Source: Chloroflexota bacterium
GTDB lineage: Bacteria > Chloroflexota > Anaerolineae > Aggregatilineales > UBA2796
Assembly: GCA_040007395.1 (NCBI GenBank)
Contig: JBDTVG010000179.1
Span: 1 to 61,566 of the forward strand
DNA: 61,566 nt
Direction: 5' to 3'
In this document: positions 45,801-54,919 of the stretch, piece by piece
How positions within the stretch are numbered: the stretch's first letter is position 1
Layout of the letters: the number at the start of each line of letters is the position of its first letter
Program-made: the position numbers and the translations under genes
Notes under the pieces: generated by a model
The model's input: the letters and a program-made list of their open reading frames with translations, nothing else
What the model was told of the DNA's origin: nothing
Databases searched by the model: none

Positions 45801-48800
45801 TATCGTTATGGAAAAGATTGCGATGATAATCTAGTCAGTAATTCTTTCCCGATGTTCGTTACGGCAATCAAAGAGTCTTCGCTGTCTTCGTCAGATGGGA
45901 CCATACCGACCTGTACTCGCTTTGTCCCGACAGCTTCTGGAAATTTGGGCGAGGTTATCGATACCCAGAACAAAAAGACGGTATATGCGTATCATCGCGA
46001 CGATGCCTATAAGCGCAGTGTTACGGTTGTTAAGAATTACGATGGTGAGACAACCACCTCAGATAAAAATGTTATCACGACCTATTTGTATGACGAACAG
46101 TGGAATTCGCAGTTGGCATTTATCTCAAATGACCGCGATACCCCCATGCCACCGACCCCTACGCCACAACCCGCGGTCCGCCAGTTAACTGCTAGCGACC
46201 CCTCCCAGTGCTCATGGAAAGACAATACACATCGAGGACGGTTGGTTACCGTAGTAGATCCGGCTGGTCATTGGAACCTCACTGGGTACGATGGAGCCGA
46301 TCATCTTATTGTCATTGACAAGAATAGAAGACCTCAATCTCTTAATGATCGGGAGCCGGAACGACCTGGCAATGCTATTATCACGTGCCAGCAGTACGAT
46401 GCCGCTGGACGACTAGAAATTATGTACGAAACATTATCGAGACTCACTAATAATTCGGACTTACTAAACATTTTTAACCGACCTGTGCCAAATGGTATGG
46501 ATCTAGATAAACGCTATACACACTTTAGATATGACGACGCTAACCAGTTGACCCGAGTTATTCGCAATGCGTTTCCCAGCGGTACTGACCCATTAGATCT
46601 CTATAGTTTCAATACTCAATATCCTGATATAAACATTAGTACTGGCTATATTTACGATGAAGCAGGCAATGTAACTAGCTCCTTTAATGCAGGTGGTTTG
46701 CCTGAACGTGTTGACCAAACTTGCTATGACAATTTGAACCGTCCGGTAATGCGTGTTCAAAATGCAAAGACTGGTATAAGTAGCACAGCGTGTACATTTC
46801 TAAGCACCTCATCCGCCAAGCCCGATGAAGACGTTACGACTCTGATGAGGTATGATGCAGTCGGTAATGTCATCCAAACGACGAATGTTACTAACTCAAG
46901 TAATACAGACCTCGTCACTCAATTCAAGTACGATGCCCTGAATCGCCAAACAGCGACGATTGAGAATGTGAAGCCTGTCTCTGTTACGACAGATCAAAAC
47001 GTAAAATCTTATACATTTTATAACCAGCTTGGGCAAGTTCAAAGCAAAGTGGATCCAGTGAAGCATGTCACTTGGTTATGTTATGATGGCCTCAACCGCC
47101 CCAACCGCCAAGTGGTCAATTTCAGCAACATTTCCAATCTAGGCAGTATTGATGAAAACACGCCACCTGTTCACGCTCCCGATAAAGATCCTTGTCTATC
47201 CACTTACACCGAAGATCCATCTCCAGACAAAGACCTTGTTTCTCTGACTGTCTATGATGGGCTTGGACGCGTTTTGGATACGATTGATCCACTAAAGCGT
47301 AAGACTCACCTCGACTATGATGCTCTGGATCGCCCAACGCTAAAAATTGCCAATTATCAGAATGGCGAATTTGATCCAAGCCTGCCTGATCAAGATGTGT
47401 TTGAACAAACCCAGTATGATCCTCTGGGGCGAGTCATCAGTGTCGCCACAGCATCGCCAGCTCTTACGCCTTCAACTACCGCTTTTGCACCAACATGTGT
47501 TTCTACAAGCAATACTATAGATAACCGATGTCGATACACAAAGATTTCTTATGACGACTCGCTCTTGATGGTCACGACTACTCAAAACTATAAGGATGGA
47601 AATCTAGACGCGAATAATCCTGACGAGGATATATCAACCGTCGTATGGTACGATGCAATGGGTCTGCCCAATCGACAAGATACACCTAAACGTCAGAACA
47701 GTATTCATGAGCCGATTTTATACTCTTTTTATGATGGTATGGATCATCTGCTCAAAGTCACTAACAAGTTTTGGCCCGATGGTAAAAAAACCTATGTTTA
47801 TGACGCGTTGGGTCGGCTGATCACACAAATCAATGCCCTTGAGAAGAATACTGAGATTACCTACGACGGGCTGAACCGTCAATGCTCCATTAAGGATGCA
47901 CGACAATCCCAAACCAAGCTTATCTATAACAAATTAGGCCAAGTTATCCGCCGCATTGATCCCAATGGTGTAGTCACCCGCCTAGACTATGATGGAATGG
48001 GGCATTTGAAGTATGTCTGGGAGAACTATCAAGGGTCCGATAACCCTCCTCCGTCTAATGGGTGTGAATATTTAAGTACAGATAGTGCTACCCCTACTCC
48101 AAACAACCAAGCTTTTCCAGATAGGAATGTGCGTACCGCCTACGAATACGATGAACTCGGCAATCTGACAAAAATGACCCTGCCAAATGGCAGCGTTACT
48201 AATTATACCTATGATCAGCTGAATCGGCGGCTCACGGTAGTTGGTCCGTTGGCTGGACCAAACAACACTTGGACGACTACCTATTCAAAAATATACCAAA
48301 ATGATGCTGATGCCCCCGGGATACCAGTCCTTATAACTCAAATGACAGATCCTCTTGGAAAGGTCCACAAGACTGAGTACAACGGTCTCGGTCAAGTCCT
48401 CCGCACAAACCATACCGATGCCAATCAACCTAAACTTGATACACAATTTAGCTACGATCCGGCGGGTCGGTTGTTGAAGATGACCGATTCACTGGCAGGC
48501 ACCCCAGTAGCGAATACCGACTTTAAACATGATGGCATGGATCGGCTCACTTCAGTCACGGATTCTTTCAACAAAACAGTGGGCTATCAATACAATGTTG
48601 ATGGCACCCGCAAGGAACTTGATTTACCTGATAGTCGCAAAATTAACTACGAGTATTTTGATAGTGGTCTCTTACAAAACGTTCATACCACTGGAATCGG
48701 TTGGAATACCCAAACCCAGGCAACATATGACTATGATGTCGCCGGGAACGTGAAAACAATGGTGCTCGGCAATGGGGTCCGGGCGACCTATGATTATTAT

Positions 48801-51800
48801 GAAGACAACCGCCTAAGGTCACTGGAATATCAGCCCCCTTCATCCGATGCAGTGCTATCAGCCTATGTATATTCACTGGATAAGGTCGGTAATCGCTGCA
48901 TCACCCAAGAATATTTTGAACAGCCCCCTGCAACGCTAAATGCACCTGAACCCTGCCCGACAGAGACGGCGACTGAAATACCGACGAATACTCCCACGGT
49001 TACGCCGACATTTACCGAAACAGCGACTAGCACAGCGACAACTACATCTACTGATACACCAACCAATACGGCAACCGCGACAGCAACCAACACGGCGACT
49101 GCAACCCCCAGTAATACAGCAACAAAAACAGCTAGCGCAACAGCGACAAACACGCCAACCGCGACGTTTACGACCAGCAATACACCAACCAATACCGCCA
49201 CACCAATTACGCCAACAAAAACGGCGACCAATACCGCAACGCGAACTCCTACCAATACGGCAACAGCCACCGCCACACCCACACGGACTCCCACTTTTAC
49301 GGCAACGCCTGTGCCAAGTGTCGGGGATACTATTGGGGTTCTCCACCCCTCAAACCAAACTTTTTATCTGCGTAATTCGAATACCACAGGAAACGCCGAT
49401 ATTACAGCACCGTTCGGCACTAATAGCGCGGAGGTGCCGATTACAGGGGATTGGAACGGCGATGGCATCGATACCATTGGCTACTTCCTGCCCAGCACAG
49501 GTGAGTTTGTCCTACGCGACAGCAATAGTGCTGGCTCCCCAACTTATGACTTTACGTTTGGTGCTTCAGGTGACATTCCAATCGTTGGTAACTGGAATGG
49601 CAATACCGGTGGCATCGTCCCAGGCAATGGCAAAGATGGTATTGGTGTATACCGGCCTTCCAATGGTACGTTCTACTTGAGGAACACTTTGTCGTCCGGC
49701 TTTGCTGACTACACCATAACGTTCGGCAATCCTAGTGATCTACCTATCGCAGGCGATTGGGATCACGACGGTAAAGACAGCCCAGGGGTTTTCCGACCTT
49801 CTACTTCCCAATTTTTCTTGACTAATCAGGTGTGCAATTGCAGTGGCGTTGCTGCCTATACTATGACGTTTGGAGCCAGCGGGGATCAACCCATTGCAGG
49901 CGATTGGAATGGCGATGGCATCAGCGGTATTGGGGTATTCCGTTCTACGACTACACAAATGTTTCTACACAATAACCCAACTACTTCCGGTGCAGCGACG
50001 GCGGATTTCAGTTTCACTTATGGCTCAATTGGTGATAAGCCAGTTGCTGGACACTGGGCAGCTGGTAGCTTGCCTAGCCAAGCCCTGACCCTCTCGACAA
50101 ATAATCTGTGTACGCTGCCCACTCAGCCGCGAGCATGGGAAGTACAGAATCCCAACACACAGCCCGTGAAGTTTGTATGGACAATCCTGAATTCCACACG
50201 GGGGCAGAGTGGCAAAGGCATCGTGCCTGCTGGTGGTACTATGACGTTTATGACGCTACCTGAGCCGGCCAACGGCATTGTGCAGATCTATGTCAACGGT
50301 ATCTTGCAGGCTGCTCAAGCTAGTACTGTCCCGGCTTGCACAGCCACCCCAAGCGCTACCCCTACGGCTAGCGCCACACCGCGAGATACAGTGACGGCTC
50401 CGCCAACCCACATACCCAGCAGTACCAATACCATGCTACCGACAAATACGGCAACGCTTAACATGGTCACCCCAACGCGGACTATCGTCGTGACGGCAAC
50501 CTCAACGAATGCAGCAACACTAACGATTGAAGTTGCCACAGCAACACCGATCTTTATCGTCACTCCCACCGCGACACCGACAAATACCGCGACTCAAACG
50601 GTTGCACCTGCCACAGCAACGCCAACTTCGACAGTCACAGCCACTCTCACGCCATCGGTTACGGCAACTCCGACTTATACCGCCAGTGCAACCAACACAG
50701 CTACGACCACCGCCACGCCATCCAATCATGGCGGCCGGATTGTCTTCGCCTCGGATCGGGACGGCGGCAACTGGGACATCTACAGCATGAACGGCGATGG
50801 CACAGATGTCCAGCGCCTAACGAGCGACCCCGCAGTGGATGGACAGCCTACTTGGTCGCCGGATGGCACACAGATTGCCTTCTTCTCGGCGCGAGACGGG
50901 AACTGGGAAATCTATGTGATGAACGCCGATGGCAGCCATGTCCAGCGGATCACGCACAACAATGTTGTTGACGAACAGCCCGCGTGGTCGCCCGATGGCA
51001 AACAGATTGTCTTTGCCTCTGGGCCAAGCGATCATCTGGATCTGTACACCATGAATGTCGATGGGTCTCAGCTACAGCGCTTAACCAACAACGGCAGTTC
51101 GAATCAGCAGCCCGCCTGGTCACCCGATGGCAAAGAGATCGCCTATACCTCTGGGCACGGTGCGGATACCGACTTGTATGTTATGGCTGTCGATGGTTCA
51201 GCTACGCGACGACTGACGAACGACTTTCACACCAACCAGCAGCCCACCTGGTCAGCCGATGGTCAGCGCCTGCTGTACAGTTCCAATCGCGGTGGCAACT
51301 TCGATGTCTACGTGATGGATGCTGCCGACAGCGCCAACAACCAAAACCTGACGAACAGCCCCACTGCCGAGCAGCAGGCGGTGTGGTCGCCCGATAATCA
51401 CCAAATCGCTTTCAGCAGCAAACGCGCCGACCATCTGGACATCTACGTCATGAACGCCGATGGCAGTGCCGCGCATAATTTGACCGCGCAGCATGGGGAA
51501 AATGGGTCGCCGAGCTGGACCGACACCGCGACAATCACTGTTACACCGAGTAGCACCCCCCACCTCGCGCCGACTTTTGTGCCGAACCAAAGTTCGATAG
51601 TGAATGTTCAGTTTGTGCCGCCAACGCTCGCCCCGGTGCGGCCAAATCGCCAGATAGTCAATAGGCCCGCCCTACAGCCTGTAGCGCAAATTTCGCCTAC
51701 GCTCACCCTGAATTTTGAAGCGGACAGCTATAATGCAGCGCCTGAGACAGTAGGCAATTGTAATGTAGCTGGCGATGCAGGTATTTGGGCAGTCAACACT

Positions 51801-53936
51801 GGTTGGTCAGCTAGGGTTGTTTACAACCTTAATAATTCGGGCTGTGAAATCGGGCATTTGCTATACATTCAAGTGCCGTCTTCGGCCTTTACAGGTTATG
51901 TTGACCGCGTTACCGTTACTTATGATTATAGTTGCCCCAATACAAGTAACTGTGTTGGGCAAGGTCGATTTGGAAACGATTCGCAGACCACTACCCTCAT
52001 CAAAGGAGACAATGTCCATCAGACGGTTAAGCTTGACACTATGCAATCTGGCCTTTCATTCTATATGCAAGGCGACAGTGGGGGTACAGGTTATGTTCCT
52101 ACGGGCTACATCAATCTCCGTAAAGTCGAGATATACGCAACAAGTGACCACGCCTCCCAGCAGACCATCCATTACACCTATGACAAGCTCTACCGCCTGA
52201 CCCAAGCCGAGTACGAGGGTACCGATGGGATTCCGACTCGGCAGTACGATTACACCTACGACCTGATGAATCGCACACAGGCCAAATTGACTCTGCCCAG
52301 TCTAACGCCTGTTATCGACGTGTTTACGTATAACGAAGCCAACCAAATCAAAACACGGACGCTAAACAATCAAACAGTCACTTATGACTACGACTTTGCG
52401 GGGAACCTGAAAAGTGATGGGCCTAACACCTATGGCTATGATCCCGCCAACCGCTTAAGGCAGTTTAGCAATATTGGTAACAGCATGTACACCGAATACC
52501 AATATGACGGGCTGGATCACCGCTCCAAGCAGATCGTGAATGGTGTTAACACGACCTACCTATATGACATCAACGCGGGGCTGCCCCAGCTACTCAGTGA
52601 GTCGGCGGGAAGCTCATCAACGTGGTATCTGAACGGTCTTGATGTGGTCGCCCAGCAGACTGGCCCAACATGGAGCTACTTCAGTCAGGACGGACTAGGG
52701 TCTGTCCGCCAGATGCTCGATCCGACGCAGAGTGTCACGATGAGTGCAGAGTACGATCCGTATGGCGTACCGATTGCGTCACCCACAACGACGCTGGGCT
52801 ACACCGGAGCACCGACCGACCAGAATAGCTTGGTGTACCTGAACGCCCGCTACCTCGACCCAGCGACAGGCACCTTCCTGAGCCGCGACCCCTTCGAGGG
52901 CATGGCAGACAGCGTTATGTCGCGCAACCCGTACAGCTATACGGGCGGCAACCCGGTCAATCGCACTGACCGCAATGGCAAATGCTTTTGGGATGGTTGC
53001 ATTGCCGAAGCCATAATAGTCGGAGCCGTATTTGGGGCAGTAACCAGCGCTGGCATTAACGGCGCAATCCAAATTGGCGCTGGGATGGCCTTCAAGCATC
53101 AGTCTTTGGGCGAGGCTTGGACCAACCTCAATTGGGGTGAGGTGGCGGTATCTGGGATTGAAGGTGCGGTCTTTGGTGCAATTGCAGGGCCAATTGGTGC
53201 GTGGACCGGTGGTTTGGTCAAAACAGGTAGTATCACTGGGGCGCAAGCATTAATCGGTGGATTCGCGTTCAATACGACAATCGGCACTGCTTCAAGTGTC
53301 TTCATCCATCGACAAGACTTTGCTTCGGCGGCGGTTGCTAATGTGGCAGGCGGTTTGATCGGTGAGGCAGTCGGTTATGGCTTGAGTAGGGCTTTTAGAC
53401 GACCGTCAATTGTTCCTGCCGAGACCGAAAATATGGCTGGGACAGGTGGTGTAACTTCATATGTCAATGAACAGCCGTCCACCAACATGCAAAACCAAGA
53501 GAAAAATATGTCATGTGGCGCTGCATGTATTCGACAATATTTACTCGATGTAGGTAAGGACGTACCAGAATCTGAGATCCGACCATTAGCAGGATTTTGG
53601 GAGAAATATGGAATCGAAGGTGAGCGAGCCGCAGATGCATTAAATGAACTCTATCCTGACAAAGAAGCTTTATTTTATGGTGGTGGGGTTCGTTACGATA
53701 CACCACTAGAAAATTTGAATCGTACAGGGACGTGGATGGCCCAGCTTGGATTATCAACCGGCCCTCACTGGGTATTGGTTGATGGCTTTAATGAAGCAGG
53801 ATTGTTAATGATTCGCGATCCATGGGGAGTAACTGGGCCTGGTTCTGGCTTCGGCTCTGAAGCTACAATAAAACCTGAAGATTTTCAGCATCTTTGGGAT
53901 CTCGCAGCAAATCAAGTGGTATATCGAAAGAGATAA
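42825..53936 (+). CDS. Giant secreted RHS/YD-repeat polymorphic toxin (about 3,700 aa). Order of domains: signal peptide; PD40/TolB-like propeller; long YD-repeat shell; Thr/Ala/Pro/Asn linker; FG-GAP/VCBS module; second linker; second TolB-like propeller; beta-rich domain; YD repeats and RHS core; Gly-zipper hydrophobic segment; C-terminal C39-like papain-fold peptidase domain.
   Basis: Repeats such as ISADGRYVAFIS (PD40), YDxxGRL/YDGLNR (YD), WSPDGxxIAFxSxRDGNWEIYVMNADGS (TolB), the RHS core end RYLDPATGTFLSRDP...NPYSYTGGNPVNRTD, then AIIVGAVFGAVTSAGINGAIQIGAGMAF and NMSCGAACIRQYL...GPHWVLVDG...IRDPWG (Cys...His...Asp, C39-like). Confidence 0.85.
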   Translation: MTYRWITSLRRSLNLVLILGLGINPLTPIILLRASLENGKSTASVVSPEIASAAGATASAIIPPSIPAKSPVASVSSATSNSCDTSLAIKRVGFMNIGTSTGWTYSSSISGNGRYVVYTTHSSPYNLNEDDYEDISLFDRQTCTNTGIISTRYVPNNSFAMEPAISADGRYVAFISGGSAIVPNDTNNVADVFVYDRDTPQGGSHFTRASVSSTGIQANGPSIGSNWPIYNRTLSISADGRYVAFISDASNLSPSDTNQDPDAFVHDMVTGETSRVSVQTGGGQVDGNSVGIDAISISTPTYDNAQLPQDGPIVAFSSNSTQLVSSDNNNYSDVFIHNMKTNITSRISTNINGQEANNNSDSPSISANGGYVVFRSDATNLVDNSYNNQGDLFLYKIPTATLAATITLITMGYDGSHTDYGSRLPDISANGRFITFASQATHLVSGYDISGAQYNFYRYDSKTKTTTLLNIAFDGRYLGGLALTASLDFSVTISDDGINAAFPFWNYLGPHRLTPPEFLDIFPHANPSIFVTSILPSNLDAVSGDNLDSTCLDSNTAHQAQAFVGHSPNINPLTGNYAYSTTDLTIHSEGDPISFRRIYSTHRLGYTTDNDDMLGPGWTHNFDIRLLFSSPDAVTLQSCNGARQRFNRDGNGIYTPEPGLLASLTVATGSNGGYVVKLRNQTTYVFNAQGQLTQITRVPGLKTEWNVLNFSYYTNLPATASSVEKRLAWIKFDNFRNENGTQPERYLRFCYYDSGRLNSVIDTQLPDSTAPDYWNDCPETSSTNIVRAKVKFIYSNGYDNSLGNLIAARDVRGQVWDYIYGQTIADKPYLTKVLSPLDYPEGADQPWIEKQEYNSDDGRLLRQFNGNNNLTVELSPQSNSKLRIDVKDGRANTQTYFYNTLNSFAGIEYPFKPVGATATTTIQTETRYDENYRPVYRKDGNDNVTRLEWSANGHNLKSITDALNQTTSYEYDTATNNLLKISNLAGKRRTTEYRYGKDCDDNLVSNSFPMFVTAIKESSLSSSDGTIPTCTRFVPTASGNLGEVIDTQNKKTVYAYHRDDAYKRSVTVVKNYDGETTTSDKNVITTYLYDEQWNSQLAFISNDRDTPMPPTPTPQPAVRQLTASDPSQCSWKDNTHRGRLVTVVDPAGHWNLTGYDGADHLIVIDKNRRPQSLNDREPERPGNAIITCQQYDAAGRLEIMYETLSRLTNNSDLLNIFNRPVPNGMDLDKRYTHFRYDDANQLTRVIRNAFPSGTDPLDLYSFNTQYPDINISTGYIYDEAGNVTSSFNAGGLPERVDQTCYDNLNRPVMRVQNAKTGISSTACTFLSTSSAKPDEDVTTLMRYDAVGNVIQTTNVTNSSNTDLVTQFKYDALNRQTATIENVKPVSVTTDQNVKSYTFYNQLGQVQSKVDPVKHVTWLCYDGLNRPNRQVVNFSNISNLGSIDENTPPVHAPDKDPCLSTYTEDPSPDKDLVSLTVYDGLGRVLDTIDPLKRKTHLDYDALDRPTLKIANYQNGEFDPSLPDQDVFEQTQYDPLGRVISVATASPALTPSTTAFAPTCVSTSNTIDNRCRYTKISYDDSLLMVTTTQNYKDGNLDANNPDEDISTVVWYDAMGLPNRQDTPKRQNSIHEPILYSFYDGMDHLLKVTNKFWPDGKKTYVYDALGRLITQINALEKNTEITYDGLNRQCSIKDARQSQTKLIYNKLGQVIRRIDPNGVVTRLDYDGMGHLKYVWENYQGSDNPPPSNGCEYLSTDSATPTPNNQAFPDRNVRTAYEYDELGNLTKMTLPNGSVTNYTYDQLNRRLTVVGPLAGPNNTWTTTYSKIYQNDADAPGIPVLITQMTDPLGKVHKTEYNGLGQVLRTNHTDANQPKLDTQFSYDPAGRLLKMTDSLAGTPVANTDFKHDGMDRLTSVTDSFNKTVGYQYNVDGTRKELDLPDSRKINYEYFDSGLLQNVHTTGIGWNTQTQATYDYDVAGNVKTMVLGNGVRATYDYYEDNRLRSLEYQPPSSDAVLSAYVYSLDKVGNRCITQEYFEQPPATLNAPEPCPTETATEIPTNTPTVTPTFTETATSTATTTSTDTPTNTATATATNTATATPSNTATKTASATATNTPTATFTTSNTPTNTATPITPTKTATNTATRTPTNTATATATPTRTPTFTATPVPSVGDTIGVLHPSNQTFYLRNSNTTGNADITAPFGTNSAEVPITGDWNGDGIDTIGYFLPSTGEFVLRDSNSAGSPTYDFTFGASGDIPIVGNWNGNTGGIVPGNGKDGIGVYRPSNGTFYLRNTLSSGFADYTITFGNPSDLPIAGDWDHDGKDSPGVFRPSTSQFFLTNQVCNCSGVAAYTMTFGASGDQPIAGDWNGDGISGIGVFRSTTTQMFLHNNPTTSGAATADFSFTYGSIGDKPVAGHWAAGSLPSQALTLSTNNLCTLPTQPRAWEVQNPNTQPVKFVWTILNSTRGQSGKGIVPAGGTMTFMTLPEPANGIVQIYVNGILQAAQASTVPACTATPSATPTASATPRDTVTAPPTHIPSSTNTMLPTNTATLNMVTPTRTIVVTATSTNAATLTIEVATATPIFIVTPTATPTNTATQTVAPATATPTSTVTATLTPSVTATPTYTASATNTATTTATPSNHGGRIVFASDRDGGNWDIYSMNGDGTDVQRLTSDPAVDGQPTWSPDGTQIAFFSARDGNWEIYVMNADGSHVQRITHNNVVDEQPAWSPDGKQIVFASGPSDHLDLYTMNVDGSQLQRLTNNGSSNQQPAWSPDGKEIAYTSGHGADTDLYVMAVDGSATRRLTNDFHTNQQPTWSADGQRLLYSSNRGGNFDVYVMDAADSANNQNLTNSPTAEQQAVWSPDNHQIAFSSKRADHLDIYVMNADGSAAHNLTAQHGENGSPSWTDTATITVTPSSTPHLAPTFVPNQSSIVNVQFVPPTLAPVRPNRQIVNRPALQPVAQISPTLTLNFEADSYNAAPETVGNCNVAGDAGIWAVNTGWSARVVYNLNNSGCEIGHLLYIQVPSSAFTGYVDRVTVTYDYSCPNTSNCVGQGRFGNDSQTTTLIKGDNVHQTVKLDTMQSGLSFYMQGDSGGTGYVPTGYINLRKVEIYATSDHASQQTIHYTYDKLYRLTQAEYEGTDGIPTRQYDYTYDLMNRTQAKLTLPSLTPVIDVFTYNEANQIKTRTLNNQTVTYDYDFAGNLKSDGPNTYGYDPANRLRQFSNIGNSMYTEYQYDGLDHRSKQIVNGVNTTYLYDINAGLPQLLSESAGSSSTWYLNGLDVVAQQTGPTWSYFSQDGLGSVRQMLDPTQSVTMSAEYDPYGVPIASPTTTLGYTGAPTDQNSLVYLNARYLDPATGTFLSRDPFEGMADSVMSRNPYSYTGGNPVNRTDRNGKCFWDGCIAEAIIVGAVFGAVTSAGINGAIQIGAGMAFKHQSLGEAWTNLNWGEVAVSGIEGAVFGAIAGPIGAWTGGLVKTGSITGAQALIGGFAFNTTIGTASSVFIHRQDFASAAVANVAGGLIGEAVGYGLSRAFRRPSIVPAETENMAGTGGVTSYVNEQPSTNMQNQEKNMSCGAACIRQYLLDVGKDVPESEIRPLAGFWEKYGIEGERAADALNELYPDKEALFYGGGVRYDTPLENLNRTGTWMAQLGLSTGPHWVLVDGFNEAGLLMIRDPWGVTGPGSGFGSEATIKPEDFQHLWDLAANQVVYRKR

Positions 53937-53938
53937 AA

Positions 53939-54262
53939 ATGACAATTCAGGATGCAGTAAAATACTTGGTAAATAATGGCTTGATAGCTGAGGCCATCAA
54001 TAATGAGACGCAGATTTCAGGTGGCACTGCACTCGTACCACTTGGAGACATTACTGGGGTTCGCAACGCGTTTACGATTTATCGAGATCAAAACCATTGG
54101 GTAGTTTATTTGCCAGCGCTATATAAAGACTTGCGCGAGGAATCTCTTTTAGCTGCTGTACAAACTGTAATTGAACTAACCGAACCTTTATTACATCAGG
54201 AAGATAATTTAGGGTCACAAAGTGAAAGTGATCTACCATCAGGTACCGATAGTGTAGCCTAA
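53939..54262 (+). CDS. Candidate cognate immunity protein (about 107 aa) immediately downstream of the toxin tip.
   Basis: ATG 3 nt after the toxin stop. Small soluble protein with no known motif. Assignment by polymorphic-toxin locus logic only. Confidence 0.4.
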   Translation: MTIQDAVKYLVNNGLIAEAINNETQISGGTALVPLGDITGVRNAFTIYRDQNHWVVYLPALYKDLREESLLAAVQTVIELTEPLLHQEDNLGSQSESDLPSGTDSVA

Positions 54263-54271
54263 ACATCATCC

Positions 54272-54795
54272 ACCAGTGTGATGGACTGGATCACTGCTAC
54301 AAGCAGACCGTAAACGGTGATTCCACGACCTACGTGTTTGACATCAACGCACAGTTACCCCAGCTGTTCAGTGAGTCAACGGGGAATTCGACGCGGTATC
54401 TGAATGGTCTGGATGTCGTTGCCCAGCAGCGGAATAACGAAGGGTGGAGCTACTTCGGACAGGATGGGCTGGGGTCTGTCCGCCAGATGATCGATCCGGC
54501 GCAGAATGTCACGATGAACGCCGAGTACGATCCGTATGGGGTGCCGATTGCGCCACCCACGACGACACTGGGCTACACCGGTGCGCCGACCGACGCAAAT
54601 GGCCTGGTGTACCTGAACGCCCGCTACCTCGACCCAGCGACTGGCACCTTCCTGACCCGTGACCCCTTCGAGGGCGTGGCAGACAGCGCCATGTCGCGCA
54701 ACCCGTACAGCTATACTGGCGGCAACCCGGTCAATCGCACCGACAGAAGTGGGAAATTCGCACCGGTACATTTTGCATGGCACCTTTTGAATTAA
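54272..54795 (+). pseudogene. Orphan RHS C-terminal fragment: a copy of the last part of the RHS shell/core of the upstream giant gene without a start, ending in a 12-aa stub (FAPVHFAWHLLN) instead of a toxin domain.
   Basis: DGLDHCYKQTVNGDSTTYVFDINAQLPQL...RYLDPATGTFLTRDPFEGVADSAMSRNPYSYTGGNPVNRTDRSGK is nearly identical to residues encoded at about 52,500-52,990 of the main gene. Confidence 0.7.
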
Positions 54796-54813
54796 GTCTC
54801 GGTGCCGAATTAT

Positions 54814-54855
54814 CAGCGCGTGAGGCAGGTATAGAATATTCTCACGCGCTTTGTT
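54814..54855 (+). terminator. Possible terminator hairpin (cagcgcgtgag ... ctcacgcgct) with a large loop, followed by ttgtt.
   Basis: 10-bp inverted repeat after the orphan fragment. Large loop, so weak. Confidence 0.3.
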
Positions 54856-54919
54856 AAGACACTTAAAAATAAATTTTCATTATGTGTGGGCATTGAGGTT
54901 GCCCCAAAAAGTTCAATAG

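Noticed and set aside
48863-49680. Long ORFs on the minus strand (48863..49294, 48936..49346) and the plus strand out of frame (48940..49680) inside the RHS gene.
   Set aside because: They coincide exactly with the Thr/Ala-rich low-complexity linker DNA and translate to V/A/G or R/Q/P homopolymer-like strings. They are frame artefacts of the repetitive coding sequence, not genes.
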